Part shown: positions 13,658 through 27,700 of the stretch, piece after piece
How positions within the stretch are numbered: the first letter of the stretch is position 1
Layout: each line of letters begins with the position of its first letter
Source: Phoronis australis
Lineage: Eukaryota; Animalia; Phoronida
Direction: 5' to 3'
NCBI GenBank assembly: GCA_002633005.1
Contig: NMRA01000231.1
Coordinates: 24,351-88,350 of the forward strand
DNA length: 64,000 bases
Notes under the pieces: model-generated
What the model saw: the letters and a program-made list of their open reading frames with translations, nothing else
Database searches by the model: none
What the model was told of the DNA's origin: nothing
Translations under genes and position numbers: made by a program

Positions 13658-14629
13658 CATGTATATAGAGGGACAAAGGGAAATTTGCACCGAAGTACTC
13701 CACCGAGAGAGGGCACTGTCTGAAATAGTACACCTTAAGTTGAAAGACTAAACATCATTAAGCTAGGAAAAAGTGACAGTTCATTCCACCATCGTGTGGT
13801 CCCAAAACGATGCAGGGAGTGACCTCCTTCAAAATGAAAGCACGGTTTCACAAAAAACAGGAAAATTGAGGTAATCGATTCCAACATTGGGCCCTCTCTC
13901 CGTGAGCGGTCCCTTAAGAATTTGTCAATAAAAACACAAAAAGGTGGCCACTTGAATGTCATGAATGGCCTCCTTCAAGGGCGAGGCCCCTAAATATGAA
14001 AATACCTATATTTTCAAATATCAGAAACTGCGCAGCAATTGATGTTATCTGTCAGGTCACCAATTTTTCTCAAGTGATATACAGTTTCGAGAAAAAAATA
14101 AAGCGAAAGTTGTCTCCGTTATCCCTTGCCAGAGCGGGGTCTCTAGAAAAATATAGTCTTGCATTCGCAAAAATTGACTTATTGAATTTAAAGATCTAGT
14201 AAATTAGTACGCTCCGCAAAAGCTTCGCTTTACAAATTTTATCGATTTTTCGAAATACATGTGTGCGTTTAGACGACCTGTGCTGCAAATCCGAAGACCA
14301 TAACGACAGTGTCCTGGCCAGGGTCCTCAAAGGTAAACCATGCACTGATATGCAGATTTGTTAAATGTTCTCTTGAATTTTCTCTCTTCGTTTTTCGCAG
14401 TCTTTCTTTTCTCTACTGTCCCCGGTTCCACGCCTATGTCGGTTGCCACGGCTTAACCCGGAGGCCTGAAAATTGTTTGGGGGGCCCCTGCCCCCCCGCG
14501 CTCCCCCCCCCCCTCTCCCTTTCCTACGGCCCTGAGACTGGATTCATTTTGGAAATATCAGTATTGTTCATGAGAACAGCAGTTCTGGCAGTATGTAAAA
14601 ATACTTGTGGGCAATACTTTATAGCATAG

Positions 14630-15330
14630 AGGTTGAAGGTTCGTACACTACATTTCAATGACTTGTCAGATTTATTAAAAAATACTTAGAATCAACTGAG
14701 AGATAGTGTTTTTATCAAATCTATTTAAAGATAACAAATAATAAGTACTGCATACATGTGCATATCTGTCTGTCATTATTTGAAAACAGGCACATGTTAT
14801 ATTGTAGGAGTACGTGCACTACACAAATGCTAATATTTCACTCGAAACAAATGTATTTGCAATTAACACCCCTTTAACCTAGCATTTTTAAAGGAGGAAA
14901 CTGTCTGTGACAATTGTTGCTTACTTACCCTGTAATATTTTTGTTTCGTGGTATTTGTTCACATCGGGGTATGTACACTACGCAGGGGTACGTAGGCATT
15001 ACATTTCAATGACATGTCAAGTTTGTAACTAAATACTAAGAACCTACTGAGAGTTAGTTGATTTACTAAAGCAATTCAAAGAGAAAAAATAAAAAACAGC
15101 ATTCATGTGCATATCTGCCATATTTTGAAAATAGGCACAAATTAAAATATAGACGTACGTACACTGCACAAATGCTAATATTTCTCTCAGAACAAATGTA
15201 TTTGCAGTAAACACCCTTTAAACCTAACATTTTTAAGGAAGGAAACTGTCTATGACCAGTGTTGCTCACTTACCAAGTGATATTTATCTTCATGGCATTT
15301 TTAACATGGGGTTACGTACACTACAAAAAG
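14630..15330. repeat. ~350-bp diverged tandem duplication inside the TIR element
   Basis: CATTTCAATGAC, CACAAATGCTAATATTTC and AACAAATGTATTTGCA each occur twice about 345-350 bp apart. Confidence 0.7.
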
Positions 15331-18300
15331 GGGTACGTACACTATATCACTGTTTCTGTATCACATGGTAACATAATGTATGACCATTTATTTTTCCCTG
15401 ATGATAATAAGCACCATGTTGTTATTTAAAAGGCAATAATTTCATTTGCAATGACCATTTGTGTTGTTGTATTCCACATGGGGGTACGTACACTACATTT
15501 TTAGCCTTTTTGGCCCATTTTCAACATAGCAGAATCCAGTCAATATGCAAACTTTTGGTTTGTTTAGATATTGAATAATTTGCTATGTTGCTTAGGCTAA
15601 CATATTCTGCAGTTCTTTTTATTACAGAGTGTGAACTTTAGGCTTTAAACTTCTTTACAGTAGGTAAGGGTTAGAAACACAGAATTTACAAATTTCGTAA
15701 CGAGTGGCTGTTTTATGATGAACCCTACCATTTCTCAATGATTAAGCACAACTTCATCTAAGTGATTCTGAAAGTGACTCAAGTTATTCCCAGTCATGTC
15801 TAAGAAATTGCTTACTTGATAAAATATTTTTCTTTTCTACTGTTGACAATTGAAAATTGTAATTTATAAAATGGCCACTCGTAAAAATGCTTGAAATTCA
15901 TCGACAAAAACATGGATAAATTTCTTAAACATTGTCCGATTTTGATGATTCTTTTTTAATTTGCACAATTAAATAACTCTGCAAATGAGATTCAGTCTGC
16001 ATTTAGTAAGTGATCAAAAAATATTTGAGACCGTAACACAGTCAACTCTCCAATATGGACCTTGATTGTGATTTAGCCGATAGTGAGTTAAGGTGAACTC
16101 AGTGATTTATTGTTGTTTCAGAGAGAATGCAACGATTGACAGGTGTAGACCTGGTGTTTTTGGCTGGTATCATGCAATGCGCCGTTGTAAAAAACGGGGT
16201 AGTTTTTGAGTATATTAATTTATTTTATAGTTCCTGGGGCCACTGGAGTAAATTTGATACACGTTGATTACGTTTGCCAGGCCACACACACAACTATGAC
16301 TCTCCTGGGAACCTTTCATAAGGAATCTAGATATGAGTATACTGATAGTTTCGATCAAGTATTGAGAATTCGGAAGGAATCTTTCACGTTATGGTCTCCC
16401 TATGTAACAGATTTTCCTGAACACGTGGACATATCCTGCTTTTCAAATTAAAAATATTCAGGCAATTAGCAAAGTACTCGGATAATCAGAGTAGCTTGCT
16501 AATTGTATGTTAATATTTTATTATCTTTGTTCTCTAAAATGCCCTGGAGTTTGGATGATTTTAGAATTAGTCTGGATGGTTTAGAGTAACTAGACTCCAT
16601 TGTTCCTGTGACAAGCACTCATCGGTAACCGTCTGTTGCACGCTTAATGTACGCTATCCACGTGGCCTGTATTGTTATATCCAGCAAAGACGTAACAATA
16701 GGTCCGATAGGTGACAACCATGTTTACGTCCGTCAGGTGGTTGTCGAAAATTAATAGCTGCAAATTATGTTACGTCATTTGCCATGGGTTGTATGTTGAA
16801 AAGGGACATACTTTGAATACTGTTTCAAACATGTAATCATGTGCTCTAGTGCTGTTGGCGTACACCTGGGTCTGACGATAAATACGCATGCTCTTGCTAG
16901 TACACAACGTTTTATTGATCAAACATTATGGATGGTATAAGAGGACCGCAAGTAAAATGTGTGTCCAGGGACCCATGATATTGTTAAGACTTCCCAGTTA
17001 GCCGGCAGACTTGGATTTCCATAAATCAAGCCTCCATGCAGCGCTCAACCCGAAAATAAAGTCAAGTTCCTGTATTGGCTTCCTCATTTGGAAAGTCACA
17101 TGAGTTGACTGTCAGAAAAGGGAATTCGAAGCTACATCGAATTTACAAGAACTTAGTATGGCGGACGGGTGCAGCTACATGTATAGTGTGTAAGGGAATC
17201 AGCTTTCGCCGCGGATTTACGCTAGACATATGGAAAGTGTTACATGCTTGAGTTAGGAAACAAAAATATCACGTAAAAGCTGTGCTGTTATCAATGCTTT
17301 TAACTATTATTTGCTAGGTCATCCAATTTTTGTTCATCCATTATTTGTTCAACGTCCGTTTTCATAGTTATTTCATCAAACACAAATGTGATGGCGGTAA
17401 TACCAGGAAGTACATACATGCACTGTGTGTACCATACCTCAAATTCACATGCACAGATCTATTCAATGTACGTTTCACGTGTTTAGCTGTAGTAAACAAA
17501 GTCCTCAATCAAGAAATCTTGATGCTATTCCCATCATATAGTGGAGCGTGGAGTCAATTGCTGCACGGCAAAAGAAGGCGCAGTGGCCTTGGCATGTACG
17601 TAGAATACAGCAGCTTCTACGCAACACATGTCTCATATTGTACGTGTTGTCTTCCAGCAATTATGGAGTCACAGGCCCCCTATAACTATCCAGTACCTGA
17701 CCCTGCATTCTATGCAAATATTCAAATGAGCTGTTCGACATGGTTCATGGAGAATTAGTGTTTGTAGACAGAAAAGTTCAACGACCCGGCTTTGCCCAAT
17801 AAAACTCTTTGCTCCCTCTTTCCAATTATGAAGATGACGTTTTCAACCACTAATCGAGATTTTTTTCAATCTTCAGTTGTTTTTTTTTTTTTTAAGTAAC
17901 CGGTACCTATTAAATAGCCGTAGTATAACAACGATCAAGTGTACCGTTGGTAGCCATTTTGGTACATCAATGTTAGTTTTAACCTGTCACTTCATCAGGG
18001 TAGAGTTCAGAAATGCTAAGACGTTGCAAAAATCTAACCAAAATCACGCATTCTCATTTAAAAAACATGTACTTAGCAATTACATCTCACAAAAAGTAAT
18101 CTCGCGAGGTCTTGCTTTTAGTTAGCGAAGTCCTAGCGTTACTGAACTCAGGGCCAGTTTGACCATTATGCTTCCACCCTGTTTGGGTAACGTGCAAAAT
18201 GCGGTGGCTACAAGGTCGAATCCAGTCAGATCTTTCTGACAGGTTTGGATTTTCAGTTATGGAGAACGCTCGGTTTGTAGCATGTCACACACAACAACAC

Positions 18301-18976
18301 GAGTGTCACGCATGAAGACATGAATGTGATGCTAGACCGAAACCGTCTTTGTTATACAATTGAATTTTAAGCCAGAATGCAAAAATTTGGTGATCGTCTA
18401 CTGTTTATTACCATAATATTCCACAGTATGACTGATTCTACACCAGGACTCGCGTAACGAACGCCGAAATGAATAATTAGTGCGTGAAACACGAATTTTT
18501 TTGAAAATTCGACTCTGACTGGACTAGTAGTTATATGTAAGCCTGCGGAGACTTAGGATAACCCCGACGTGACTGTGCATGTTCGCTGTTATGAGGGGAC
18601 AAACAGTGGAATTACATGTATCTGTGGCACTGACGAAAGACTGGAATAAAGGTTAAGATCTTGGCCACTTACCACTAACATAAAAGTACTTTTACGGGAA
18701 GCGAGAAACTCACACAGTCCCAGTGGTCGTGGCTCCGCAGTTGGTCTCTGTAAATTTCGTGACCCTAGCACACTGTACGCCTCAGTACGCGGCGGTGAAC
18801 GGGTGCGCATAAAATTCCGAGGCCGCCCCTTCGCTTAACACGAATTTTGGAAAATTATTCAACGTAGTCATCGTTTCTTCAATTTCTTTTGCCGCCGAAT
18901 ATTCCGGTACGCAACCTAACCTGAAGCCAACGTCCGGGTCCGAAGTTAGTGTTTTGATATATAAATTGATGGGTAG

Positions 18977-19660
18977 TTGTGGGGATTTCCGAACTGCGGG
19001 GGAACAGCTGGAACTTGTGTCCCGATTATTGCACCTTCTGTGGCTCACGGGGATTATCTACATATAAACAGGAGAAATTTCCACTCTGTTGTTTTACAGG
19101 TTGTTTACCTCATCACTGGAAGTGTCCACGACGCGCGAGTATTTGGTAATTCAGAGATTTATCAAAAAAGTGAAAACTACGACCTGTTTCCCAACTGGCC
19201 GAAGAGACTTATTTGACCTAACAAGGAAATCAACATGCCTGTTGTGCTTGTGGGCGATGGACGCAGCTTACCCTCTGAAGACATAGTTGTTCAAGCCTGC
19301 GCTAATGTGGCAACCTTATTACTCCGTTCACAACAGTGTCTTAACAAAGGATGACCAGGGGCGGATCCAGGATTTTTATTTAGGGGGGGCCAGGGCAGAG
19401 TATTAGCCAGGATTNCCAGGGGCGGATCCAGGATTTTTATTTAGGGGGGGGGCCAGGGCAGAGTATTAGCCAGGATTTTTATTTAGGGGGGGAGGGGGCA
19501 GGGTAGAGTATTAGCCAGGATTTTTACCGTCAGACGGCGCACCCTCGAACTGCCAAATGGAGAGGTTTAAGGAGGCCATGGCCCCCTTGGCCCCCCTCTA
19601 AATCCGCCACTGATGACTGAGCAGAGCACGAATAACCATGAGTGAAAATACATTCAGTCC
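18977..19660 (+). mobile_element. PIF/Harbinger (HARBI1-like DDE_Tnp_4) nuclease pseudogene
   Basis: WGFPNCGG..TCVPIIAP...YLHINRRNFHSVVLQVV..GSVHDARVFGNS..PVVLVGD-AAYPL. After a MITE insertion it resumes LSRARITMSENTF. Frameshifts and stops are present. Confidence 0.8.
19357..19612 (+). mobile_element. GC-rich MITE inserted in the Harbinger nuclease
   Basis: CAGGGGCGGATCCAGG ... TAAATCCGCCACTG, flanked by an ATGAC direct repeat. The 5' part is duplicated around the N at 19415. Confidence 0.75.
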
Positions 19661-22309
19661 CGCAAGTCGCCAAATCGAGCGCTGTAATATATTTGAATTA
19701 TTATTTCCTGTGTACTATAGATGTTTCTGTAATCATAAACTATATATGGTACTAATACAAACCGAAATAAAACATTTGAAACAAACAGAATTCAATTTAA
19801 AAGATTTTACTCTGCCTGAAGAACAATCTTATGGAAACTGTTTGTCTTTAGAAACACCTAAAAAGGTCAATTTCAAAAATTAAGGCACTGTCACCTCGAT
19901 TTTGCTGTTTTAAAGAACAATCCAATTTTAAAGCTAATGTTCAGCCACAACCAGCCGAAAAAGTGTTAACAATTTACGTATTTGCATACAATGTTTAATC
20001 TTCAATTATGAATTTCATTTTAATTTCAGAAATACCATATGCTATTTTAAGCAACCTGGTTTACCACAAGTGCTATTTTGTGTGCTTTGTGGAAATTATT
20101 GACAGTTTTCTGTAGCAACTACACCCTGTATTCACAAATCACGTTCCAGATAAGCTTGAACACTGTGAAAGTCAACATATCGGTCTTGACTGAACCTATC
20201 TTAAGTTTTTGGATGTGTTCCTGGATGGACCATTTTTAAGATAGGTTAGGGTGAGTTTGGTGATGATTACATCAAATGTATACTTATTACAAAAATAAGG
20301 TTGGGAAGTTAGAAGATAATAGTAGTGTAAAAATTGAATTTTCAAATATCTTACCAAAAAAACACGAAAAGTGCACCCTGACTCAAGGTTAAATGCAAAA
20401 TGTTTCACGAATCAATTTATAACTATATCATGACAAGCAGTTCAGAAACAGCCACCTGGCAGTGAATATTCTGATCCCACGAAGTCAGAAGAATTTACAG
20501 GGGAGTTAAAAAAACATTCATCAACGCCCCTACTTTCTGTAATGGATATCAACAGAAAGAAAAAAGTTTAAACATTCTGTCGGCTTACTTTTCGTTTTCC
20601 ACCATTTAGAATGTTAACAGATGAGCTTGTGAAAACCATGAATAATTTCTCTCTTGTTGAATTTCGGCCATATTGTTTGTTCACCTGGGTAGACGGCAAG
20701 ATCCCCCGAGTTGAATCAAACCGCAAATTAATGACTGAATTAGGGAAATTCCTCCATTGGCGACACAGTTTTTTCACCTGTCCTCCAGGTCGAGGTTTTG
20801 ATGAACACGAATAAATTATAACGAATAAAACAACGGATACAAACTCACCTGAATGTACGATGTCGCACACGATCACCTACTGATAAATAGCTTTGTCTCA
20901 CTCAAGCGTGGCTGGGTTGACAAGCTCCTGTTCACGTGCTTCGTAATTACGTGACTATATCGATTGATAATTTTTTCGCGCGTCTTCGCCACGCCTTTCG
21001 CGTTTGTGAAGTCATTTGCGTCTGAGTCAGTGCTAAATTCGGTTGTGGCGTGAGAACAAAAAGGTGCAAGTCAACTTTTTGGGTGGACTGAATTGCACAA
21101 CAAAGATTGCATGTGTTCAAGATCATGTAATACGTACTTCGTGCAAGCCTATAATGACTGTTCTGAGTAATATTTTTCGTGTAATGAGTTGGTGTTTGGC
21201 GCTATATACATGTAGGTTTTTTCATATATGCCTGAATCCTAGTTTGGGTCTGGCCACACTCTCGGCTTTGTCATTGTATTGTAAATAGCCATGGTTGTTT
21301 AGTGAACTGTTATTTTCGTTGCAAGTCCGCATTTTTTGACCAATTGCGAGCAGATGTTCGCTAGTTGTGATAAAAAGAAGTAGGAACTGAGTCAATATTT
21401 CCCCGACGTTTACTTCACCAACCGCTGTTACAGTGAAGCCATTCTCTCTGTGCGACCAACGTCGAGTTAGTTAGCCTTCATCAAAGATACATGTATTGCC
21501 TTTATTCAGACGATGATGGTCGAAATAGTTAAATTTAGCTCATTCGTTTAGGCCTAATACATCAGTGCTGAGCTCTTCTGCCAGTGGAATTCTCCTTGTG
21601 GATGACTGACGCGTCAACTGATTAGTTGTCTTTTTTTTTGGTGTTTATTCTAAAGAGTAGTTTAAACAATACAAAAACTGATGTTATGAACTTTGAATTC
21701 TTGTCATTTTGAAGTCGAAGGTCTTGGGTGTACGATTCCAATACGGGCCGCTGGCGATTGTGTCCCTTATCAAAATCTGCGACGACGATATAGGCAGTCT
21801 AATTTGGTACAAAATATGTGAAAATGTTAGACAACACGTTAACTTTGTCTTTTAATATCAATTAAAAACAATTGATATAAAGTGTTACCTTTGAAACTTT
21901 TTTGTCATTTGTTAGCGCACATTGGGAATCCCCGGGCGGATGACTGAGACCACATATTACTTCTGAAGCAATCGAAGAAAAAACAAGACGCCAATATATA
22001 GGACGTTTAATTTGGTGCAAAATATGTGGAATCGTAAGAACACACATAAGTTTGATATTTTTTATATTAATATTTAACTTTTTTCAAAAATGTCATAGTA
22101 GGAATTGCCCCGGGCCGCCCCTTCGAGAAAGGGCCTCGTCTGAAAGAGGGCGCTTAACATGAAAGGCTAATCACTGAGATAGTGTGACCCCTCTATCGAA
22201 GTGGCCTTCCTTTACTGAAACGCTGCACGATCAGATTTCACAAAAAATAGGAAAGCCAGAGAGCGGGCAAGGCTGGCACTCTCCCCGTGAGTGATCCCAA
22301 GCACATTAA

Positions 22310-24195
22310 GGTAGGTGTATACACTGATCAAATCTCCAGGTTCCTAAATAAAATGAATAAAAAGGCAGTTTTATCTGGTTAGACATGACTCTGAAAGTGA
22401 CAAAAATAGAAAAAAAAGTTTTTTTTGTAGTTCGTTTTTTTTTAATCGTATTTTTTAATTTTCAAAAAATCCAATTTTACCTCGATTTCTTTTTCAAAAT
22501 GCACAGGGATTATCATCAACTGTTTCTTTACGCAATATTCTAATTATCCATACCAAATATATGTACAAAATCATTATGATCTTGATTTTGCGGCATTTTT
22601 TGCGTTTGAGTTGGGGCAAGCACGCCACTTTTTGCCATTTGGTCACTTTCCGTCTAATAACTAAAAATCTGGTCCATGTATCAAAAAACCCTGGCACGCG
22701 ATTTTATTTCAGTCCTAGAGGATTGCAAATTTGCAAATTTCGTAAAAATTGACCCACGTGTTGCGGGAAAATAGGCCGGAGAATCTTGCCGCTATCCTGA
22801 AATCACGAGCCGAGAAAAACGGCTTTGAAGTTAAGCGGTCATCGATTGCCACTTGAGATCAAATTTCGTTCAGAATGCGTGGTCATTATGTTCCATTTTT
22901 TGTTGTAGTACTGGCAATAAAGCTGATATTTACTTCATGTTTCAAAAATATGACAAACCTGTTTGTTTACAGCGTAATTTTTTCGAACTTGTGAAGCACG
23001 ACAGACGACCAAAACAAATATGGCTGTCACGTGGGCGGAGCTTAGCGTTGATCAATTGTCTGCTGTACTGGTGTGCCGACCACACATTAAAACCATGTGT
23101 TGATTGTTTATGCGATTCATCTGAACTTCACTCAGTGCAGTAAAAGACTCTCTAACTATATTACACAGACCTATTTGTTAGTATTCCAATATTATCATCA
23201 ACCAATATATGTGTTATATCAAATCGCCGCGTTACTGGCTACATAACAATATTGGCGACGAAGATAAAGAACTACTTTCATAGTAAAGGTTCAACATTTT
23301 TGCGTGCCTGTACCGAATGGACTTTGGGATAAGAAAATATCACTTTCTGCGCAAATAGCGTCGCTTGGGTGAGATTCTCAAGTTTCAAAGTTTCTTATAT
23401 TGCTTTCCTCTAAAATCGTATAATATCATGAGCTTTAATTCATGGATACGTTTGAATCTATGCACTGGAAAATTTTGTTATGTTGAACACTGGGTAATTT
23501 CTCTAACGAATTCTTTGGGTTACGGCCAGGGGCAAGTTAAAAAATCCCCTGGGTTTGACAGCCTAGTTTCTCCACGGTGCGTTCTCAGCACAGAAGCACG
23601 GTTTATCTGCAAAGACTACTCTGACGGCATGTAGTTGTCGTGTCGCTTGGCTTGTCTTCACAGCGCGTGCATGCACTCTAACCGAATCGTGCAACACCAC
23701 CCACGTCGACGCTCAGCGTCCTCTCGCAAGATACCTCACCTTACCGACTTCTCTTCGGTACACGCACAAATTTCTGCACTGACTCCTCAAGCTGAGTGCA
23801 GTGATGGCTTCGCTCGGAACAGGAGCTAGTTCACTATTTCACTACCAACTTTCACATGGTCAAAAATAGAATTATTTTATTCTTAGTCTCACTACAACAT
23901 AAATATCAGCTGGTACAGCGCTCTCGATTGCCCGGTCACGCAATGTTTGTTGACAGGGTTAGGTTAGAGCTAGTGTCCTTGTATAAGCTTCCGCCACAGT
24001 TGTCAGTCACTGAGCTGTTGAGCACTCCGACGAGCCGTATGACTTACTAAGGCTTGGTCAAATATAGCTAAAAAACAACTTTTTTCAGAATGATTTTATT
24101 TTTCATCAGTATACTGTGCATCAAGAATTAAAGATTAGGATGACATAAAAATGTAAAAAAGCAGTCAACATTATTTTTTTGTGTATCCACCTACC
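22310..24195. mobile_element. Non-autonomous TTAA-specific (Kolobok-type) DNA transposon
   Basis: TTAA|GGTAGGTGTATACAC ... GTGTATCCACCTACC|TTAA: 14/15 TIR match, TTAA target duplication, GG termini. Confidence 0.8.
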
Positions 24196-24592
24196 TTAAC
24201 TGGCTGCGATGGTCAACGGACCCGGCCCCTTAGGGCTGGGCCCTTATATAAATATCAAAGGATCTCAGTACGGTACCACTTAATTAAAACGAAAAAGCAG
24301 GTTGCCAATTTGTATCGAGCGATATACATGCAATTCTGAGACGATCGGGGTTACCGAGAAATATGGTTTTAATGGTTTCCTGGAATCGTCAAATCCAGCT
24401 GTACGGTCAATGCCGCAGTGCTCTGTACTCAGGCTGAAAGCTGTGCTTTGCAAATATCGACTGTTTCTGAAGATCATTCTGCATGTATACGTGGAGTGAT
24501 CGAATTAAGTGCACATTTTTAAGTCTGGCAATGATCCCTGTATGGGACCCCCCAGCCGTTTTCATCCCCCCCCNAATTTAACAAGAATGGTT

Positions 24593-24703
24593 GGGGATTC
24601 CCAGTCGGTCGGACCGGAACACTTCTCACCGGGAGTTCCCGAAAACACCGCAGAGCCTATCAGCTCTGCCGGGAAGACAAATAGTGATGCAGGGGGATTT
24701 CCC
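24593..24703. promoter_or_regulatory. Cluster of three NF-kB (kB) sites upstream of the IkB-like gene
   Basis: GGGGATTCCC 24593-24602, GGGAGTTCCC 24631-24640 and GGGGATTTCCC 24693-24703 all fit GGGRNYYYCC. TATATAAA follows at 24747. Confidence 0.6.
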
Positions 24704-27700
24704 GTACGATATTCTTCCACTCCCCGCATGCCGACCGTTTGTTACTTATATAAAGTTTACTGTCCTTCAGTTACAATACTTTGAAAAAGAACATGTAAGA
24801 TATTGTTTGTTCTCATGCAATTTTGATGATGTAGGGCATTAACGACATAAGTACAATCATATCACAATGAACTCAATTCTCGCGCTTCTCTAAGTGTCCG
24901 TGAAACGGTCGAAAGTGCAGAAAACAAGTGCGCAAAATAATATGACGTCACGATAAAATTGGCCAATCAAGACTGACACGGAAGTATATTTCCTGTTTCC
25001 TGCAGGATTGATGTCATTTGATTGCGGGTTTGTGAAGCTCACAGACAGGTCAGTCTTGGTAAACGTCTTATACGATGGACAGCTCCCAAGAGCAGTTCCC
25101 GAAGGAGATGGAAAGAAACAGAGGTGGTAAGGCATTTCTGCATTCAGAGATTCTTACTGTTGATTCGAGATAAATTCTCGGAGGCGTAAGTCTCATACCT
25201 GTGTCATCAAACGTGCCTACCAAAGACCAAAGTCAAACAAAGCAGCACGTAATCATCCGTCTTCAGCGCTGACTTTCCCTTCGCTTCGAGCTTGAGTTCG
25301 GCTCAGCGTTCACCATAGACATGTGCCCCGTCTGTGCTGCCATCTTACCTTCTGTTTTTCCCAGTCTTGTCCTTCTCTCTAAAGGTGTACTCCACGGTTC
25401 TACCCTAGTACACGTTGATTAGGCTGATTAGCATTTTAGGCAATGACTGAATGAGATGGGTTCGGTATAAGCATGCCGTGAAACATGCTTCTGGGGAATC
25501 ATGTTTATTAGCTGAATGGTTAGCATGCTTGCTGGTTTTATCAGGGTCGCCTATTTGATTCCCGAGTCGTGTAATCTCTGCAATTGGCGTGGTCCACAAA
25601 GGGGTGATATTCCGATGAAGCATTACATTGACCCCCAGACCTCAAACAACACGCTTGGTGGTGATCCTGAAGATTGGAGTCGAGGAGGTTAAAGCAAGAC
25701 AATCTTGGGGTTGATCTGTCAGGCGACCATCTTGGTGAGGTTTAAAGTCCAGGATTAGAATCTTGATATGTTCCAAGAGTTGAATTTTGTGTTCACCCAC
25801 CAGATGGCGCACTTTATCATAGGAAAGGAGGGAATGTTGTGAAGCATGCTTCAGGTTAATTGTATGAGCCTCTGTTATTCACTTGCTAACCGACAATTTC
25901 CTATTAGCTGAATAGTTAACATGCTCAGCCTCAGCGGTTTTATCGGGGTTGCTGGTTGTATATATCTCGGTCAGGTAATTTCGGCTACTACTACAATATA
26001 TTTGCCACTGCTGATAGATTCAAAGCCCATATTAGTAATAGTCTGATAGATGGGTCCTCGATTTGAGAACCAGTTACTACCACTGAATAACGCCTGTTAT
26101 TCAGCGAATAACGCCTGTTATTCAGCGATAGTATCTGAGTCTCAAATCAGATTGAAATCAGGGACAGCATATCTGACTATCACCAAAGTTTAGTTCACAC
26201 TCAATTTGCACCCCTATAAGTTTGACAGAATTTAACATTTAATGACATTGGCACCAACACATTTTGATTAATCAATGGGTGTCACAGTCCCTTCTAAATT
26301 TGCCCATCTATTACATTAGACTATTACCATCTCCATCAAAGCAGCGCAGTATATGTCTGCCCTAGATTCCGAATGTGTCACTTATATACAGAAATTTGCT
26401 ATATTTCAATTACTGCCCTCTGGTGTGGCGTTTTTGGCATGTTCAAAAGAGCCGCAAATGGAAAAGATTCACTCAGTATCGTACATTAAAGTTTGTATTC
26501 CATTACCTCCAGTCCTCTCACTGTACGAACATTGTTATCAAAGTCTAATTCACTCCACTTGTTGTCCACTGAAAGAAATGTCTAAGGGTGTTGTGGAATT
26601 TAAAGCATATACATTCCATAGGCCCCCATTCCCTGCAATTGTCTTTTGATGCTTAGTAAGTCTTGTGTGTTCACTTGATACTCTCTGTTTTTACATCCAT
26701 AAAAATAGGACGTCTTCACACTTAAGACACTAGTACTTGTGCTATTGTTTTGTTTGCTACCCTGTCACATGGATGTCAAATGAACATTTTACTTTATAAG
26801 TGTCTATGCACTTTTTACGCCTGTCTGCCTTGTAGTTGTTTTGCAATGTCTGTAGTTTTGATACCTCTGAAAGGTAACTGTGTTGGGGCTGAACTTGGAA
26901 TTATACTTAATTTCATGACTGCTTATGCATGAACTTGGGATTACATGTTCATTAAATATTACAACAATAAACAGATTGGTCAGTATTATTATTTTTTTGT
27001 TTTGGTGTCACAATTGCCCATTTTCTCCTTTAACGGATATTGTGTCACAGAGTGTGTGAAATCAATTATTGTTTGGTGAATAACATGGACAATAGTTGAA
27101 AACAGCCAGTAAAGCTTGGTTGAAAATGTCTTTATTTTATTAACATGTGATTTTTTGTAATGTTTGCAAGTGTTATCGGTACGTACATGATAATTTGAGT
27201 GCCAAGTTTACTCGGGTATTCCAAGTTCACGCACGCATGATCTTGAGAATAAACAGAATTCTACAGCAGCTACACAAATATGGCTTCAATAGGCTCAGTT
27301 ATACTATAAGTGTACAGGACCAATTTTCAACACCTTTTCACGATATGTTGTACTTTCATAAAATGCAGTATTTCTGCAAAAGCTTACATGATATTAATGA
27401 AACATTTCCTGGGCTTTTCAGTGAGGTCACCGAATTGAAAGTCATGAGGTTGAAATTTTGTAAGCGATAAAAAGTCAACTCTCTTTGTTCACCAAAGTGT
27501 ATAGCCTAGACATATCAAACTTAAGGTCTCTGATAGCACGACTGTTGATGTCTGAGTGATTTCCTTACAAAAGTGAATATTAATTTAATTATTGTAGGAA
27601 AGAACATGGCTTTCAATGTCACTGTGCAATTCAGAACGACCTCATTAAGAAAGGGTCATCAGACTAACCAAGGCTTGAATCGTACACTCTGACCTGCGCA

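Larger units (their letters stand above)
9678..16079. mobile_element. ~6.4-kb degenerate TIR DNA transposon with subterminal direct repeats
   Basis: AAATCACAATCAAGGACCATATTCG (9683-9707) matches the reverse complement of 16050-16074 (AAATCACAATCAAGGTCCATATTGG). About ten same-orientation copies of GGGTACGTACACTAC lie near both ends (~9862, 10241, 14638, 14807, 14966, 14985, 15152, 15308, 15330, 15480). Confidence 0.55.

Noticed and set aside
17330-17758. 142-aa ORF
   Set aside because: No recognisable domain or splice context; likely decayed repeat sequence.
19356-19475. Tandem duplication of the MITE 5' end
   Set aside because: The copies meet at a single N (19415); probable assembly overlap artefact.
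20400-20880. Minus-strand Myb/SANT partner gene of the Harbinger element
   Set aside because: Position is plausible but the peptide similarity is too weak to support.
21700-21775. tRNA gene
   Set aside because: Only a degenerate B-box-like SINE-head resemblance; no cloverleaf.
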